This document shows positions 25,331-38,034 of a stretch of 64,000 bases of DNA, one piece after another. Numbering within the stretch: position 1 is the stretch's first letter; each line of letters starts with the position of its first letter. A program made the position numbers and the translations under genes. Source of the stretch: Anthoceros angustus (lineage: Eukaryota > Plantae > Anthocerotophyta); NCBI GenBank assembly GCA_010909165.1, contig MU008171.1:310001-374000 (forward strand), given 5' to 3'. A model generated the notes under the pieces. It did not search any database and was not told where the DNA came from. It saw only the letters and a program-made list of their open reading frames with translations.

Positions 25331-26695
25331 CGCATAAACAAAAAGCTTGCTGCTGCGGAATGTACGTTCTAAGACCGGTCCCTAGGCGATTTTCAGTGAA
25401 CTCTTTTGCAACAGCGATTATCCATCTCCATGAAATGGGTGCCACCGTTCCAGCTGCATTCTGCTTCGAATCTTGATGCTCCTGCAATCAGGTCCAACCA
25501 TTTACCATGAACCAGGTCATCAGCCCATCTGGCATTTCTCAGGTGAAGAGACTGCTGTACTCACTTACCAGAGGTGGTAGTGGAGACCTCGCAGTTGTCG
25601 GTGGGGGTGGAGATGGTGCACTCGGACTCGTTAAGGGCGTCATTGGGGTTAGGGTTACTGGCCATGGGGCTGCCGCTTGAGGTGAGGCTGAAGGAGCAGA
25701 TGATGGAGACTCTGCTGTTGGTGCAGCCATGGGAACTGTGACAGGGGAGCTTCCCACGGGGATTGGACTGGAGGGTGCAGCCTGAGGGGATGCACTTGGC
25801 ACATGAACAGCACTTGGCACATGAACAGTACTGGGCGGATCCGGACTTAGCTGCGGTGAGACTCGTGGCTTGGATGGTACCCTGGATTCAGGCGCGGATA
25901 TGGGTGCGGGGATGGTTGCAGTGGGGTTTTGAGAAGGGGTATCTGTGGGATTCAACTGCACCGTGATAGCGAATATCTGTCCTGCGGCACAGTACTACCC
26001 TTCCCTCTCTCCTTGTCACGTGCGAAGTAGAATGTTCCTGAAGCTCTTGCATGCCAATGCAAATATTATTATTATTTCGGATGTTCCGACGAGAGTGTGG
26101 AAATCCTGGCAGGTGCCAACGGCAAGCCGTGTAAACCATTGTCGTTGCTCGATGTGTCAGCCATCTAACTATCTCCGAAAAGAAAGCACAAAATCTGCTC
26201 ATGTAAGCATCGATGGAACTAGTCTTACCACGTAAGTACCAAAGGAGCCCTCATCCAGCAGTGTTGATGAACAGAAGTCGCACATTTCGTAGGCTTCACC
26301 TTCCTTCAACGAATAGAGCATCACAACGTCATGGGATCCTGCCTCGATAGAGAACACTGGAGGTCGATGTGCAGACTGCAGATGGGTTAGGTCCGACCAT
26401 TCGTTGTGGCAAGTGTCTACAGCCCAAAATGAACTGAAGTCACCACGTGTTCGAACAGACCTAGCGAATCGCAAACCAGGATGGATAGGTCAGCAGCCCA
26501 TGCGTTGCAGTCCGGCACTCTGCCTTCCGCCCTGCAATCCCAATCACGCGTCCAGCCCGGGCCCGAAATGCCACCCACTTGGTACACTTCGGCATCAGTC
26601 GATTTGCTGACGAAACGCAAAACAAGGAACAGCAGTACCACCGGAATTTGAAGGCAGTGACTGCTCTTCCAAATTCCTGAAGACAAGGTCTGCAT
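25331..26695 (-). pseudogene. Phytocyanin (ENODL/uclacyanin-like) arabinogalactan chimeric gene, apparently disrupted
   Basis: Signal-like IPVVLLFLVLRFVS, then AEVYQVGG..GW...YNAWA-like (DCNAWAA), F.....HDVV......YEMCD, GTFYFA and YCAAGQIFAITV, a Pro/Ser/Ala/Thr-rich AGP region (25560-25960) and a hydrophobic tail (NAAGTVAPISWRWIIAVA). GTFYFA and CAAGQ are in different frames, with an in-frame TAG before YCAAG (~25995). Confidence 0.7.
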
Positions 26696-26741
26696 GATTT
26701 CAACCAACACTATTAGGATTGAACAGCATTGTAGTCCGTGT

Positions 26742-27096
26742 GCGGCAGCCCCAAGGCCAGTGACCCCAGTGACGCCATGAGCGAGTCCCAGTGCACCAGA
26801 ATCGCCTCCGGTGTCTCCACCCCCACCGAGAACTGTCCATGTGAGGTCTCTACCACCACCACCGGTAAGAGACTAGTTTCCTCACTTCGTCAGTACCCGA
26901 GAAATGCCAGATGAGATGATGACCTAATTCGTGGTAGAGGGTTGCACTTGAGTACTGGCAGCATCAGGAGCAGAATGGAGTTGGAACGCCAGCAAGCATT
27001 CCATGGAGATGGATAATCGCTGTTTTGATGACCCAAATCGCCTAGTAACGATTCTTAGAATGTACATGCCGCAGCAGCAAGCTTTTAGTTTATGCG
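26742..27096 (+). repeat. Diverged inverted copy of 25331-25676 (3' part of the phytocyanin gene)
   Basis: Shared blocks in opposite orientation: gcggcagcccca.ggccagt, tctccacccccaccga, gagaaatgccagatg, catggagatggataatcgctgtt, ccgcagcagcaagctttt.gtttatgcg. Confidence 0.9.
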
Positions 27097-27229
27097 GAGG
27101 ACGGAGACTCACCCCTCTGAAAACAACTTTGAATTCACCACGAGATGATAACTCACCTCTCTGGAGCTCTGGAGAGCAAACAACTCACCACAAAATGGTT
27201 TCTCTGGTCCAGAATCGGTGTCTACCAAT

Positions 27230-27635
27230 TTGTTTAGCTAGGGCACACAATCCCTGGTGGACATGTATGCTAAATGTGATGAACTGGAGGATGCACGCCA
27301 GGTTTAGGTTTTTGACTGCTTGGCCACAAGGGATGTGGTGCCATGGAATGCCCTGCCCAGCAAGGGCTCGTCCGAGAGGCGCTTGTTGTGTACATGGAGG
27401 AGGAAGGCCTCATTTTGGCTGACCATGTTACTTTTGCTTGCCTTCTCAAGGCGTGTGCAAGCACTGGCGCCTTACAGAAGGGCAGGCAGCTGCACTCACA
27501 GATCATTGTCGAAAGAGGACTGCTGGAGAATACAATGTTGGATACCTGCCTGGTGCACATGTATGCAAAATGTGGTGAACTGGAAGATGCACCCCATGTT
27601 TTTGACAACTTGCCCACATAGAGTGCGGTGACATG
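27230..27635 (+). pseudogene. PLS-class PPR gene fragment
   Basis: DMYAKC.ELEDA, DVVPWNAL, AQQGL.REAL, DHVTFACLLKACASTGALQKGRQLHSQI...LVHMYAKCGELEDA..VFD, split over frames with stops. Confidence 0.85.
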
Positions 27636-28699
27636 AAATAGACTAGGTACTTGTATAGTAGCTACTCTATGTCACAGCTTGCGCGTTGTGGCCACTGTGT
27701 ATGGTTAAGACTTTGGGTTGTAACCTACTCTTTGTTGCAGCAAATTTGTTATAGTTTGTTTTGTGTCGCAGCAATTTTGAGCCACTCTTTATGATTACCA
27801 TTTTGTGTTGTAGCGACTATTTGTTGTAGTTTGTCCAATGTTGCAGCGATTGCAATTGTACCACAGTGCCGCAATTGCTTCAACCCCCGCGTGGGCTCGG
27901 ATGTTATGTCACCAGAAAATTCAGTTTTTCGTAATAGTTTTGAAAAAATAGAAGGAATTATTAATTTTTGTATGAAAAAAATTATAAGGAGGGCGATGGA
28001 CATGGGATGCCACGGAGGATGTGAAGGTGACGGACATGGGATGCCACGCAGGATTCCGCACGCCGGAAGCATTTATCGCTTTGGAGATTGACACGGAGGC
28101 ATACAAACTTGGCCGTCGCCTATCCATCATAAAGAAGTATTATCGAAGCGTGTGTGAAGTCTCGAGCTAAATGCCACTACCGTGCCCGCATCTGTCTCTT
28201 AACATGACCAATAGCTAACCACGACCAGGTACCCCGTCGCCTCCATAGAGCTCATGGCCGGGCACTCGCCGAGCCTGGATACCTCCCCGCTTGGCTTCAC
28301 CACCAGCGCGGCTCATTGCTGCATCCCGCTAAGTAAATGTTCTAGAAAACAAACAAGTCATCGCATTCACTAACAATCTCATACATGGCTTGCTTACTGA
28401 GCTTCGTCAAACTTGTCAAGTGAAATGGCTACAACTTGATTGTGTCCTCTGTAAATTTTCCCTTCCAAGGGCTACAAGCTTGTGTAGTGAAGCTCTTTTC
28501 TTTATTTTAGCGAGTCTTGATCACTGTAAAGTGGTTTTAGGATCGCATCATGGTAATCGTGCGGAGAAGACGCAAAGAGTACACGAGATTCAGAGTGAAG
28601 AGAGTGATAGTTACAATAGACAAGAAAAGTACATATACGAGTGGAGCATAGAATAACTGTTTAAACCTAATCTAAAATCTATAATATCCTAATAACATT

Positions 28700-31300
28700 T
28701 TGGTTTAGGTGTGATAAACATAACCATTATCCAATACCCTCCCTCAAACCTAACGCGAACGTTATTCTGCTAGGAGGAAAAAAAGAAAAACGTGCTATTG
28801 AACACAGAGCAATGCTGCAAATTGTTGTCGTTTGCATGCTGGGTGTATATCCCAGCAAGATAGTTCATGTGTTTGTGAAGTTTTTGTCATGGTACAACTT
28901 GCTCTCTCGGAGTTCATCGCATACAAAGGCAAGCTTGCAATAAGTGGACAGACTCATGATAGATTTGGTGGATTTTTTGAAGTTGCATATCAGTAATTGG
29001 CAGAAATATGAAATCTGGCGAAAATCTGCAGCCATCTCACCATACTTGCACCATCAGTCTCCTTGCAAAGTACTCAAGCAATTGGAATTCCATTCATATG
29101 ATTGTTAAACTCTAACACACTAATTAAACTAATTGGAATTGCCATTTATTGAGACCGAACATTGCATCAATTGCCGCAATAGAGTTTTGTCCCTACTTCA
29201 CTGGCATGTCAAGCATGAATGGTGTCTGGACACCGGGAACAAAAGCATATGATGCATAGAAAATGGATGTGGTCTGCATCGGAAAGAAAACTAAGTCGCT
29301 ATGCACATCTGTCCAGATACGGACGTTGATCATGAGTTGAAACATAAGGCTTCGTACTTAGTCTCCAGGTTTTGCACATCTTTTGGACTGAGGTAATCAT
29401 CTCTTGTGAATTTGCATGTAGGATATGTACGTCATTTTGCATGCACTTGTTCCTCATGGTCGATCATAATATGCATCTTTGTAACCTTGCACAACAACTT
29501 GTGAATTACCCATCGACGTTTTGCCTCCGATAAATACACTACAAGCCTAGCAGGATGAGGCTCAATGCAGCCATCAATTCACCATGGCAGTACTCACTAG
29601 AATTGTCTACATGGAAGGCATGATGGATTATGAGCTCCGTAACTTCAGGCAACTGAAGCAAGAAAATGGATGTGGTTTGCTCCGGAAAGAAAACTAAGTC
29701 GCTATGCACATCTGTCCAGATGCATGCGGACGTTGATCATGAGTTGAAACATAAGGCTTCATACTAAGTCTCCATGTTTTGCACATCTTTTGGACTAAGG
29801 TAATCATCTCTTGTGAATTTGCATGTAGGATATGTACACCGTTTTGCATGCACTTCTTCCTCATGGTCAATCATAATATGCATCTTTGTAACCTTGCACA
29901 ACAACTTGTGAATTACCCATCGACGTTTTGCCTTCGATAAATACATACAAGCCTAGCAGGATGAGGCTCAATGCAGCCATCAATTCACCATGGCAGTACT
30001 CACCAGAATTGTCCGCATGGAAGGCATGATGGATTATGAGCTCCGTAACTTCAGGCCACTGAAGCAAGGTGGTGACGTACATCTAGAAAAGACATTCTCA
30101 CTTAATGCTGACTTTAGGTCCCCTTGAACCAGGACCTGTCTTTGGTCTGCTAGATGGATTAGTGAAACTTGCAGGGTTAGTAGTCTGCCCCCGACGATCA
30201 GCTGTGCCATATTGACAGTGATAAACAATGCATTCAGGTCCTTGTGTAGCCCTCGTTACACATTTAGGTGCTATTTTAGGAGCCCAATGGTACACTTTAC
30301 AAAACTTCGTTAGGAAACGAGAGTTGGTTGCTTCACCATCAAGGAAATCTTGCACTCGAGAAGTGTGAATGTATGCCTTTAGCACTTCTTGTTGGAGCTT
30401 CCTTCGTCCACATTTGTGATTGCCAATACTCCAAACTAAGCTCTTCTTGTTGAAGAGGCCCGTGGCTGGAGTTTACACTATCAATTCCTTGAGGTTGTCA
30501 TCTGAACGCACCAACGCGGACATGGTGCCCGCAACCGAAATCAAACTAAAGCGCCACACAATCTTGCCATCGTGAACTCGTTTTTTAGTGAGCTTAGGTC
30601 TTGAGTGAATGCGAGGACTTGTTTGTTTTCCAGAACGTTTGGTTAGTGGGATGCCGGAAAGAGGCGCGCCGGCGGTGAAGCCGGGCGAGGAGGTAACCAG
30701 GCCGGGCGTGTGCCTAACCATGAGGTGTGCGGAGGCGGCGAGGCTACCCAAATGTGTGTCCAAATGGCCTAGGCCAAATGGACACACATTTATAAGAACG
30801 CCGTGATTAAGCATCCTGAGCTTGGATCGGTACTTAGATGGGGTGCCTAAAGGGAGTGGATGCCCTTGGTGCAAGTAGCTTAGGCACACCATGGTACAAG
30901 TTGTTAAGTACCAAGTCCCATGACGGAAATCCGTCCTTAGTGGACTTAAATAAAATTCTTCTTCTTCTTCTTCTACCCGGCCGTGGTTAGCCGCTGGCCC
31001 TAGTAAGAGAGATGCGTGCATGGCCGTGACACTTAGCCAACACCTGACACTTAGCCAACACCTGACACACACTTCGACATTGCTTCTTTGTGATGGATAG
31101 GCGACGGCACAAACTTGAGTCTCCCATCACATTGGGAAACGGGCAACGGCAGCACATACGCTCCATGGACGCGCCCGCCACTCGAGAACCGCCGTCATAT
31201 GAGCTAGGCATGCGTCGGCGCAGACCTCGTCACGTGGTATCTGTTTTCACACCTGCGTACCGATCCGTCTACAGCATCCTACAATACATTTGTAGGTAGA
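28700..31300 (-). mobile_element. Highly decayed Ty1/Copia-like LTR retrotransposon relic
   Basis: Weak remnants only: RFLTKF..VYHWAPK..PKC (cf. LSRF....HW.A.KRVLRY), HAKR..YPTCKFTRD (cf. H.RTKHI...YHF.RE), TWYL near 30910. No LTR pair found; boundaries are guesses. Confidence 0.4.
29258..30068. repeat. ~403-bp tandem duplication
   Basis: agaaaatggatgtggt...ctgaagcaag occurs at 29258-29662 and 29661-30068 with scattered substitutions. Confidence 0.95.
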
Positions 31301-31389
31301 AAACAGTACATGGCCGACTTTCGATCAACCCCAGCAGGGCATGCGGGCGGCGGACTAGAGGACGGACTGTAGGAACGACCTGAATTTGC

Positions 31390-33977
31390 CTAAGTAGCAG
31401 CGGTTACAAATTTGCCACGACCCACAGAAAAGCCTCGGGTGCCGTCTGGCATGCGGGGCCCTGGAGGCAGCCTTGGTACTAGGTCACTGGAAATAGGGCT
31501 AGAGTTCTGGGGCGACGCTCCCAACGGATAGCCACGGCCACTAGTCACAACATGATGGCCCCTACCGCGACCCCTAGCTCTGATGCCCCGCCCTTTCCCC
31601 CTCCTTGCGTCTCCCTGATCCAAGCCCTGCATTGGTGCGCGCATCAGATCACAACGCGCACATCGAAACTTGACAATTGCAAGCGAAAACCTCTACCACC
31701 AGATTGACTTGCAACTACTACCCCAGGGATACAACCTACCGCATGCTCATCCGATCTTTCCGCCTGCTGGCCCCCCGACTCATCCCAACTCCGATCCAAA
31801 GCTGTGTCACAAGCTGTCTCCTCCTCACCGCCACTGCTGCCATCTCCTGCTACCTTCCGTGCTGTTGGCAAGGGTGGTTGTTGATAACCATGCTTGCTTT
31901 GGAACTGCCACCACGCCACGCAAATGCTTAGAATTTCCCGAAAACTCACTGCTTTGCGTGAGTGCAAAACCACAAAAGGGGCCAGCTTGCTTACCGTCCG
32001 TCTCAAGAGTAGCCTCACACGCAGGCCGCTTCTCCAATTCCGCTCATCCGTGAGCTCTGCCACCTGCCCAGCTTGAGTGAGTTTCAGTGTCAGCGCAACA
32101 CAAAGTACATGTAGGTGTTCTTCAAGTAAAAAACGCGGCGGAAGAAATGTACTCACAGCTCTTTCTGCTTGCTCTACAGTCTCATACTCCACCAAGGCAT
32201 GCAACTGAAAAGACAGGCCAGCCAGCGAACATGATGCATTCGTCAGTACCAGGGACAACCGGCATGGAGTTTGCAAATCGCGACAACCGTCCTGCTGAAG
32301 ATGACCACACAATATTGACAGCACTAGTTATCTGAGTAGTGACAAGAAGCCACTGAAGTTCACCTTGTTGCTCACGACCATATCCACTTTGGGATGCTTT
32401 GCAGCAGTCTGTATTGAGCCATTAGCTGCCTCTGGTTGACAGATGCGCACCATCTTCACACTGCGGAGGAACACACACAAATCGTTGGTACACCCCAAAC
32501 ATCCCAATAAATGAAGGAAGATTCAAACTCTTAACTCCGAAAGTGAACGTGACATACTTGCCGATCCTGCCGAAAAATTGCTCCATCTCCTCGATTGAAT
32601 GTTCGTCTGGCAGATTCTCAGCTACAACAGTACGTGACTGCAGAAAAGGGGAGATTTCAATAAACCAGTTAGCATGCAACCAACAAGCTCCAGGGCAAGC
32701 TAACATAATCAGAAGAACCAAATGACCAAGGTTGGTGGATGACGCAATTGTGCTGGACGCTGAGCCGCCAGCAGCAAAAAAACCCTGGATATTTACAACG
32801 AGGAAGTACTAACTGTTTCCAATTGCGAAATTAATTCACAGTACCTGCACTTCTTCCAAGTCGATGTCTGGTAAAGGTTGAGAACGCCTAACTTTCTTCC
32901 CATCGTCACTAACCACCTGAAGCAGATTGTGGGGCAAAGAATGGTAAGCAATGCAAAGGCCGGCAAGGCCAAGAAACACGAGGAAGAAAAGCGGCAGGCA
33001 TAACAAACCAGCATAGTGGAGTGTCGGAGAGCAGCAGCGACTATTCCGCTGTTCTTTGCCAGATTCTTAACCTTCCTAAAGGAAGCAACCACAGGGATAG
33101 GCACTGCACAGTCCAATGCGTGCAAAGATTACACACACGGAAGAAAGACGAATCCTGCTCACTCACGGAAGGCAGCAGCAGCAGCAAGAAGGCGTTGTTG
33201 CCCAGCTCACCATATCCTTCCGGATCTTTCTTCACAAATTTCATCAAATAATTATCCGTGGGCAAGTTGACGTCACTGAAGTAGAATTCCACCTGCAGGC
33301 ACAGAAATCAAGACGAGAAAGGGGCGAGCGAGCGCTCACGGGAGGAAAAAACAAGCAGATCCTTGCAAACGCGGATCTGTGCGGAAACCTAAAATGGCAG
33401 GAGGAATCGGGAGGCTCACCTGCTTGATAATTTTGGACTTGAGCTCATCGGTGAGAACGGCCTTGGCAGCGGAGGGCGCAGCCGAGCCCTGGAGCTGCGA
33501 ATCCGGTTGGTCGGAACCAGGCGAAGCCGCAGGGATCAGGGGCGCGGGCGGCGGCCCGGACAGCAGCGTGGGCAGGGGCGGCGGGGGCGGGAAGGGCATG
33601 GGAGGCAGCATCCCGAGCGGGGAGGGAGGTGCAGGAGCAGGGACAGCGGAGGCAGGGCAGGGCAGGAAGTAGGGGAGGAGGGGCCCCAGCATCACCACGC
33701 TCTTGGGGACGAACTCAGGCGCCTCGGCGCTGAGCTTGCTGGTGGAGGAGGAGCGGAGCAGCGGAGGCGTGGGATCTGCGGCAGGCGCTGATCCGTCTGC
33801 TCCCATGGCCGGCGCCGGGAGGGCAAGGCCGTCGGAGGAAGCTGCCGCTGCCGATGCTGCTGCTGCTTGTTGTTGCTGCTGCGCAGAAGCGGTGGAGGAA
33901 AGGAGATGGTTGAGCTGCTGCTGCTGCTGCGGCTGCTGTTGATGCTGCTGCTGGTGGAGCTTGTCCGCGGCCACCAT
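31390..33977 (-). CDS. LARP6: La-related protein 6 (PAM2, La motif, RRM, C-terminal LSA/SUZ-C), multi-exon
   Basis: PAM2 KLSAEAPEFVP; La motif KIIKQ|VEFYFSDVNLPTDNYLMKFVKKDPEGY|VPIPVVASFRKVK; RRM SRTVVAENLPDEHS...LHALVEYETVEQAERAV...NWRSGLRVRLL; C-terminal PPGPRMPDGTRGFSVGRGK. Confidence 0.95.
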
Positions 33978-34230
33978 GGCCGCAGGCGCCGTGGCCGCCA
34001 GCGGAGGAAGGGCCGGGGCCTGGGCCTGGGCCTGGGGCAGGAGCCACCAGGGCCGGGGCGCTCAGGACAGGGCAGGGGCCATGCCGCTACTGCTGCCTTG
34101 CGCAGGAGGGGGCTAGGCCGCGCACACCGCCATGTGCGCGAGCAGGGCAACAGCGCCCCGGCCGGGCTGCGCAGCCCACTCCTGCTGCCTACCACGCGCC
34201 CTCTGCTCCTCCCACTCTGTCACCGCCCAC

Positions 34231-34327
34231 GGAACAGGAACAGGAACAGGAACGCCAAACCAAACCAAACCAAACCAAACGGGGCCAAAGGTTGGCGGAA
34301 CGGAAACGGAAACGGAAACGGGAACGG
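34231..34327. repeat. Compound microsatellite (ggaaca)n/(ccaaa)n/(ggaaac)n upstream of LARP6
   Basis: Directly visible. Confidence 0.85.
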
Positions 34328-34962
34328 CGACCGCCTCCAAGTATATACCATCCAAAGTACGTATATAGGTACCTGCATTTCCTTTCCAGTCCACCACCCT
34401 ACTAACAACCGGCTTGCCCTCTTGTGGACGGACCATCCTATCTCTAGACCTACCTTTAGGTTTTACATTAAATCCTTCTTTCAGGTAATAACCGCACATT
34501 ACAACTAGCCGCTTCCCAGACATTACACTCGCGAGATTATTCTAGAGAGAACTTGGAGACTACAGAAATGTGCAGGGATGGAATCCCCATCTAGGGCGGG
34601 CGATAGGGCACAACGGGGTATATAAAGGCAATGTGGGTGCCCAAGCCAGAAGGGATTGTAGATACCTTGCCCACTTCGAGCCCAGTCAACATAGGACCCA
34701 GATTCATATGTACCTACTAGGGATGTAGGTGGTGTGTGCGTGTTGCATCGTGATACCGGTTTGGCCGGACGTATGTACCTGCTAATGACACCTCACGTGG
34801 GACTACTATAGTCTAGCAAGGACAAAGTTTGCTAAAAAACAATATTGCTACCGGCTTCACCCAGTACCAGTACCTTGATCATCTGGCGGCGAGGAAAGCG
34901 GTGAAGGAATACGAGCACGGAGCGCAGGGCTCGAAGTTCGGGGCGCCGGGGATGGTCGCTTG

Positions 34963-37301
34963 TCAACATATCCTTCTTCGATGTTTCTGGTACGTGAGCA
35001 CCATGAGGTAGTCGTTCGGGGAGCCTACGTCTTTACCGGGTGGAGGGTCCTGATCCTTCGCATTTGCGTCGCTGCTGCTACCTGCAGTGGCGAACCAAAT
35101 ATTGCGGACACTTTCCAGCGGTAGGCTGGGGACCACGGGTTGTCCGCGGCAGGTGATCTCCACCTGTCGACCAGTTTTGTCCCAACTTAAGATGAGGTTT
35201 TAACCGATCCGATCAAATCAAATAGGCAGGCCAGGCTGCTGCTTGGATGACTATGTGAAGTACGTACCTCGGATTCACTTTTGAGCCCCAGTTTCTTCAC
35301 CAGGTACTTCTTAACAAGAGACACTGGCAGCCGCCCATCCCTATACGACAACGGCAGCTTCGGTGAGTTGAGTGGGAGGAGGGAAAATAAGCATCACTCC
35401 TGGAAGTGCAAGAGGCTGACCTGATCCGCAAATATGGACTTGCAATCTGTGGTAGGACACTCTCCCCCAGCCTGCAACAACATGCAAACGAACCAGGTTG
35501 AGTGACAACTGGAATGGACTGGATGAGAAGAGGCACAAGAATTTTGTTGGACATATCCCCTCAAACCCATCCTCGGCCACAACTTGTGGAGAAGCCGAGA
35601 CCCAAGACCTGGCCACTCTAGACACCTCACCTACTCACTCGAGGATAAACTGCAAGAGCATCAAACAGACACAGAGTTTGTTTCAGGACAGAACTGATTC
35701 TCTGCTGCCTCAAGGGCAAACCAGACGCCACCCATTCTGCGCCTGCAGGGGACGGCACAGTGCCCTGTCAAGCCTGGAGACGCACTCTTCACAACCTCGG
35801 ATTTTTTGAAAGCTTCATCCTGACAGGTCCTGGCAGTGGAAATCCGCGGCACATTTGCACCACTTCTGTGCGCAGCTGACCCAGCCAGCCACTCCGGCTA
35901 CTGGCACCAACAGTGCCGCCCACACCCTTTAATTTTGCTTCTGTTTCATGTCCCATGGGACTGTCCCCAGATTCAGTTTCCGGGGACGCTTCCATGGCAG
36001 GAGCAACCGGAGACAGAAGCTGAAAGCTTAGCGCCTGGACATGCAGTAGACCTGGCAGCATCTGCACCTGCCACTTCCGCAAGAGTTGCCAGAGGACAAG
36101 ACGGGGAGACAGAGTTGTCCCCAACCCCAGCAGCCGCCCCCACCCCAGCCCCATCCTCCTCCTTCAGGGAGGACGTTTCGGTCGAGGTATTGCCTCTCGC
36201 ATGCAAGGGCTCAGCAGCTGAGAGCACACGAACCTGTTCCGATGCTAGACTACCACTTTGATCAGCCTTTCTTCCGTTCCTTGCTGGAGCCAAGGCCCGG
36301 ACAAGATAGGCGGCAGCTGAATTGGAGGGAGAGGAGGCGGTAGCCTGCGCATCAGATGGCTGTGCATTCCACGTAGGTCTTGCACCACCACCTTGCTCAC
36401 CCTTGCCACCTCCTGCCACATCCCTCGCCTCCAACTCCGATTGTTCGCCAGCCCTAGTCTTCCTAGAGCTCCCACGCTCCTCATCATCGCCCTCATCCCT
36501 CACATCCTCCTCCTCATCCCCCTCCTGGAATGGATCGTCTCTCTCCCTTCCTTCGTCATGCCCACCACTCGTCCTCTCGCTGCTGGTCGACTCATTGCCA
36601 TCTGCCGTGGTACTAGGCGACCACTTTGTTTTGCGAGAGGCAAACCCTGGATTGGAGACTGAAGGCACTGACCCAATCCCAAGCGAGTACAACGACCTTT
36701 CCTTCCTCTTCCCTACGTTGTGCACAACCGGGCTGACCACTGCGCCCAGTTTCCTCTTCCTGACATTATTTGGAAACAATTTTGCCTTGACATCATCCAG
36801 CTGATGGTCCGCTCTGCAACAAGCCCATGCCAAGTTCTTTCACAACCATGCCAAATTTCAACCCTAGGGTTTCGGGCCCTCGACAATTCAAAGGTGCACA
36901 TTCCGTCAGCAAAAATGCATGAATCCGAACGCACCTGAGCTTCTCCAGGGGAAGGCAGCCAAGATTAACATTGCACATAGGACAGCCATTGGTCTCTCCG
37001 TCGCTGAGCCTGTTGTGAATACACTCCCTGCAAACTGAGCAGCAGGAGCAGCGGGGACGGCAACGTGGTGAGCCAGGATTGATGGATGCATGAATTGCGA
37101 AGCCAACGGAAGAAAATCCACAATCACACGCAACAGGAGCAGCGGTGATGTCCGATGCTTACAGGTGTGCAAACACTCGCAGATTGTGGTGGCTTCCTGG
37201 AAGAGCTGGCCACACAAGGGGCACGTGAGGCAGGCAACGAGCGGCGCCTTGGCGACCTTCACCTCGTTTCCACACACCGCTTTCTTCACGCTGAGGGGCA
37301 T
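34963..37301 (-). CDS. BMI1: DRIP/BMI1-like RING-RAWUL E3 ligase (PRC1 component), multi-exon
   Basis: C3HC4 RING LTCPLCGQLFQEATTICECLHT|FC...CPMCNVNLGCLPLEKLR|ADHQLDDVKAKLFP; RAWUL VWFALEA..Q, LPQIASPYLRIR, DGRLPVSLVKKYLVKKL, VEITCRGQPV.P, MVLTY. Confidence 0.92.
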
Positions 37302-37776
37302 TTCCGCCGGTGCCGACCATGCGGCGGTGAGCTGACCTGCCGTGTCGTGCGCTTCAAGCCAAGCAGCCAAGGACCCGGCCGGGCAGCGGGCAGTTAGAAA
37401 GGAAGCTGCCCGCGCAAGTTACGTTCATAACTTTGTCGTAGGCAGGTGGCCTTAACGTTTTGAGTTCCCTTCCTCTGCAAGTTACAAGCTAAGCGACTGG
37501 ACTCCCCAGTCATCGTGGATCCTGAGTAGACGTGACGGAACGGCGATCCAAAAACGGAACGGGACGGTGCCGGACGGGAAACGATGAGTCTGACTGGATG
37601 CCTTGGCCGTGAAGTCGTCGTCTCTGCGCGAAGCTCCTCCTGCTGCTGGCGATGGCTGCGTTGCTACACTGATCTGGGCTGCCGTTGCTGCTGAGGATCC
37701 ATCTGGCTGCTTGCTTGTGGCTTTTGCTCTTCTCCTTCTTCTGAATCCGAGCCGCAGCCCAAGTCCTTGCCTGAGG

Positions 37777-37786
37777 CTATATAAGC
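37777..37786 (+). promoter_or_regulatory. Candidate TATA box in the BMI1/SRO divergent intergenic region
   Basis: gctatataag ~255 nt upstream of the SRO ATG, followed by a pyrimidine-rich leader-like tract. Confidence 0.45.
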
Positions 37787-38034
37787 TTCCTCTGACATCC
37801 CTCCTGCTCCTGCTCCTCCTGCTCTGCTCTGCCCTGCCCTGCCTCGGCTCGGTTGGGCTTCCTCCGCCTCTGCTCAATGCCAAACTTGGAGTGGCTTGCT
37901 TGCCCGCCGCACGGTCACCTGCCCTTGCCCTTTGTCATGCCTGACGGGTCCATGGACTCCCATCTAGTCTCTTCTTTGTTGATGCTTCATGTGTGAAGCC
38001 CTGCCCGTATGTGTTCACACCCTTAGCGGCCACC

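Noticed and set aside
25331-27096. Pack-MULE interpretation of the inverted repeat
   Set aside because: The arms are the gene's own exon and intron sequence rather than transposon TIRs, and no target-site duplication was seen.
33379-34523. Multiple overlapping ORFs around the LARP6 first exon
   Set aside because: GC-rich alternative-frame and antisense shadows of the real exon and its SSR-rich leader.
36055-36076. 14-nt match (gcatctgcacctgc) resembling a miR530/miR1030 target site in BMI1
   Set aside because: Mismatches near both ends of the recalled miRNA sequence, this is not the known target family, and it sits in Ala/Gly codon-rich sequence; likely chance.
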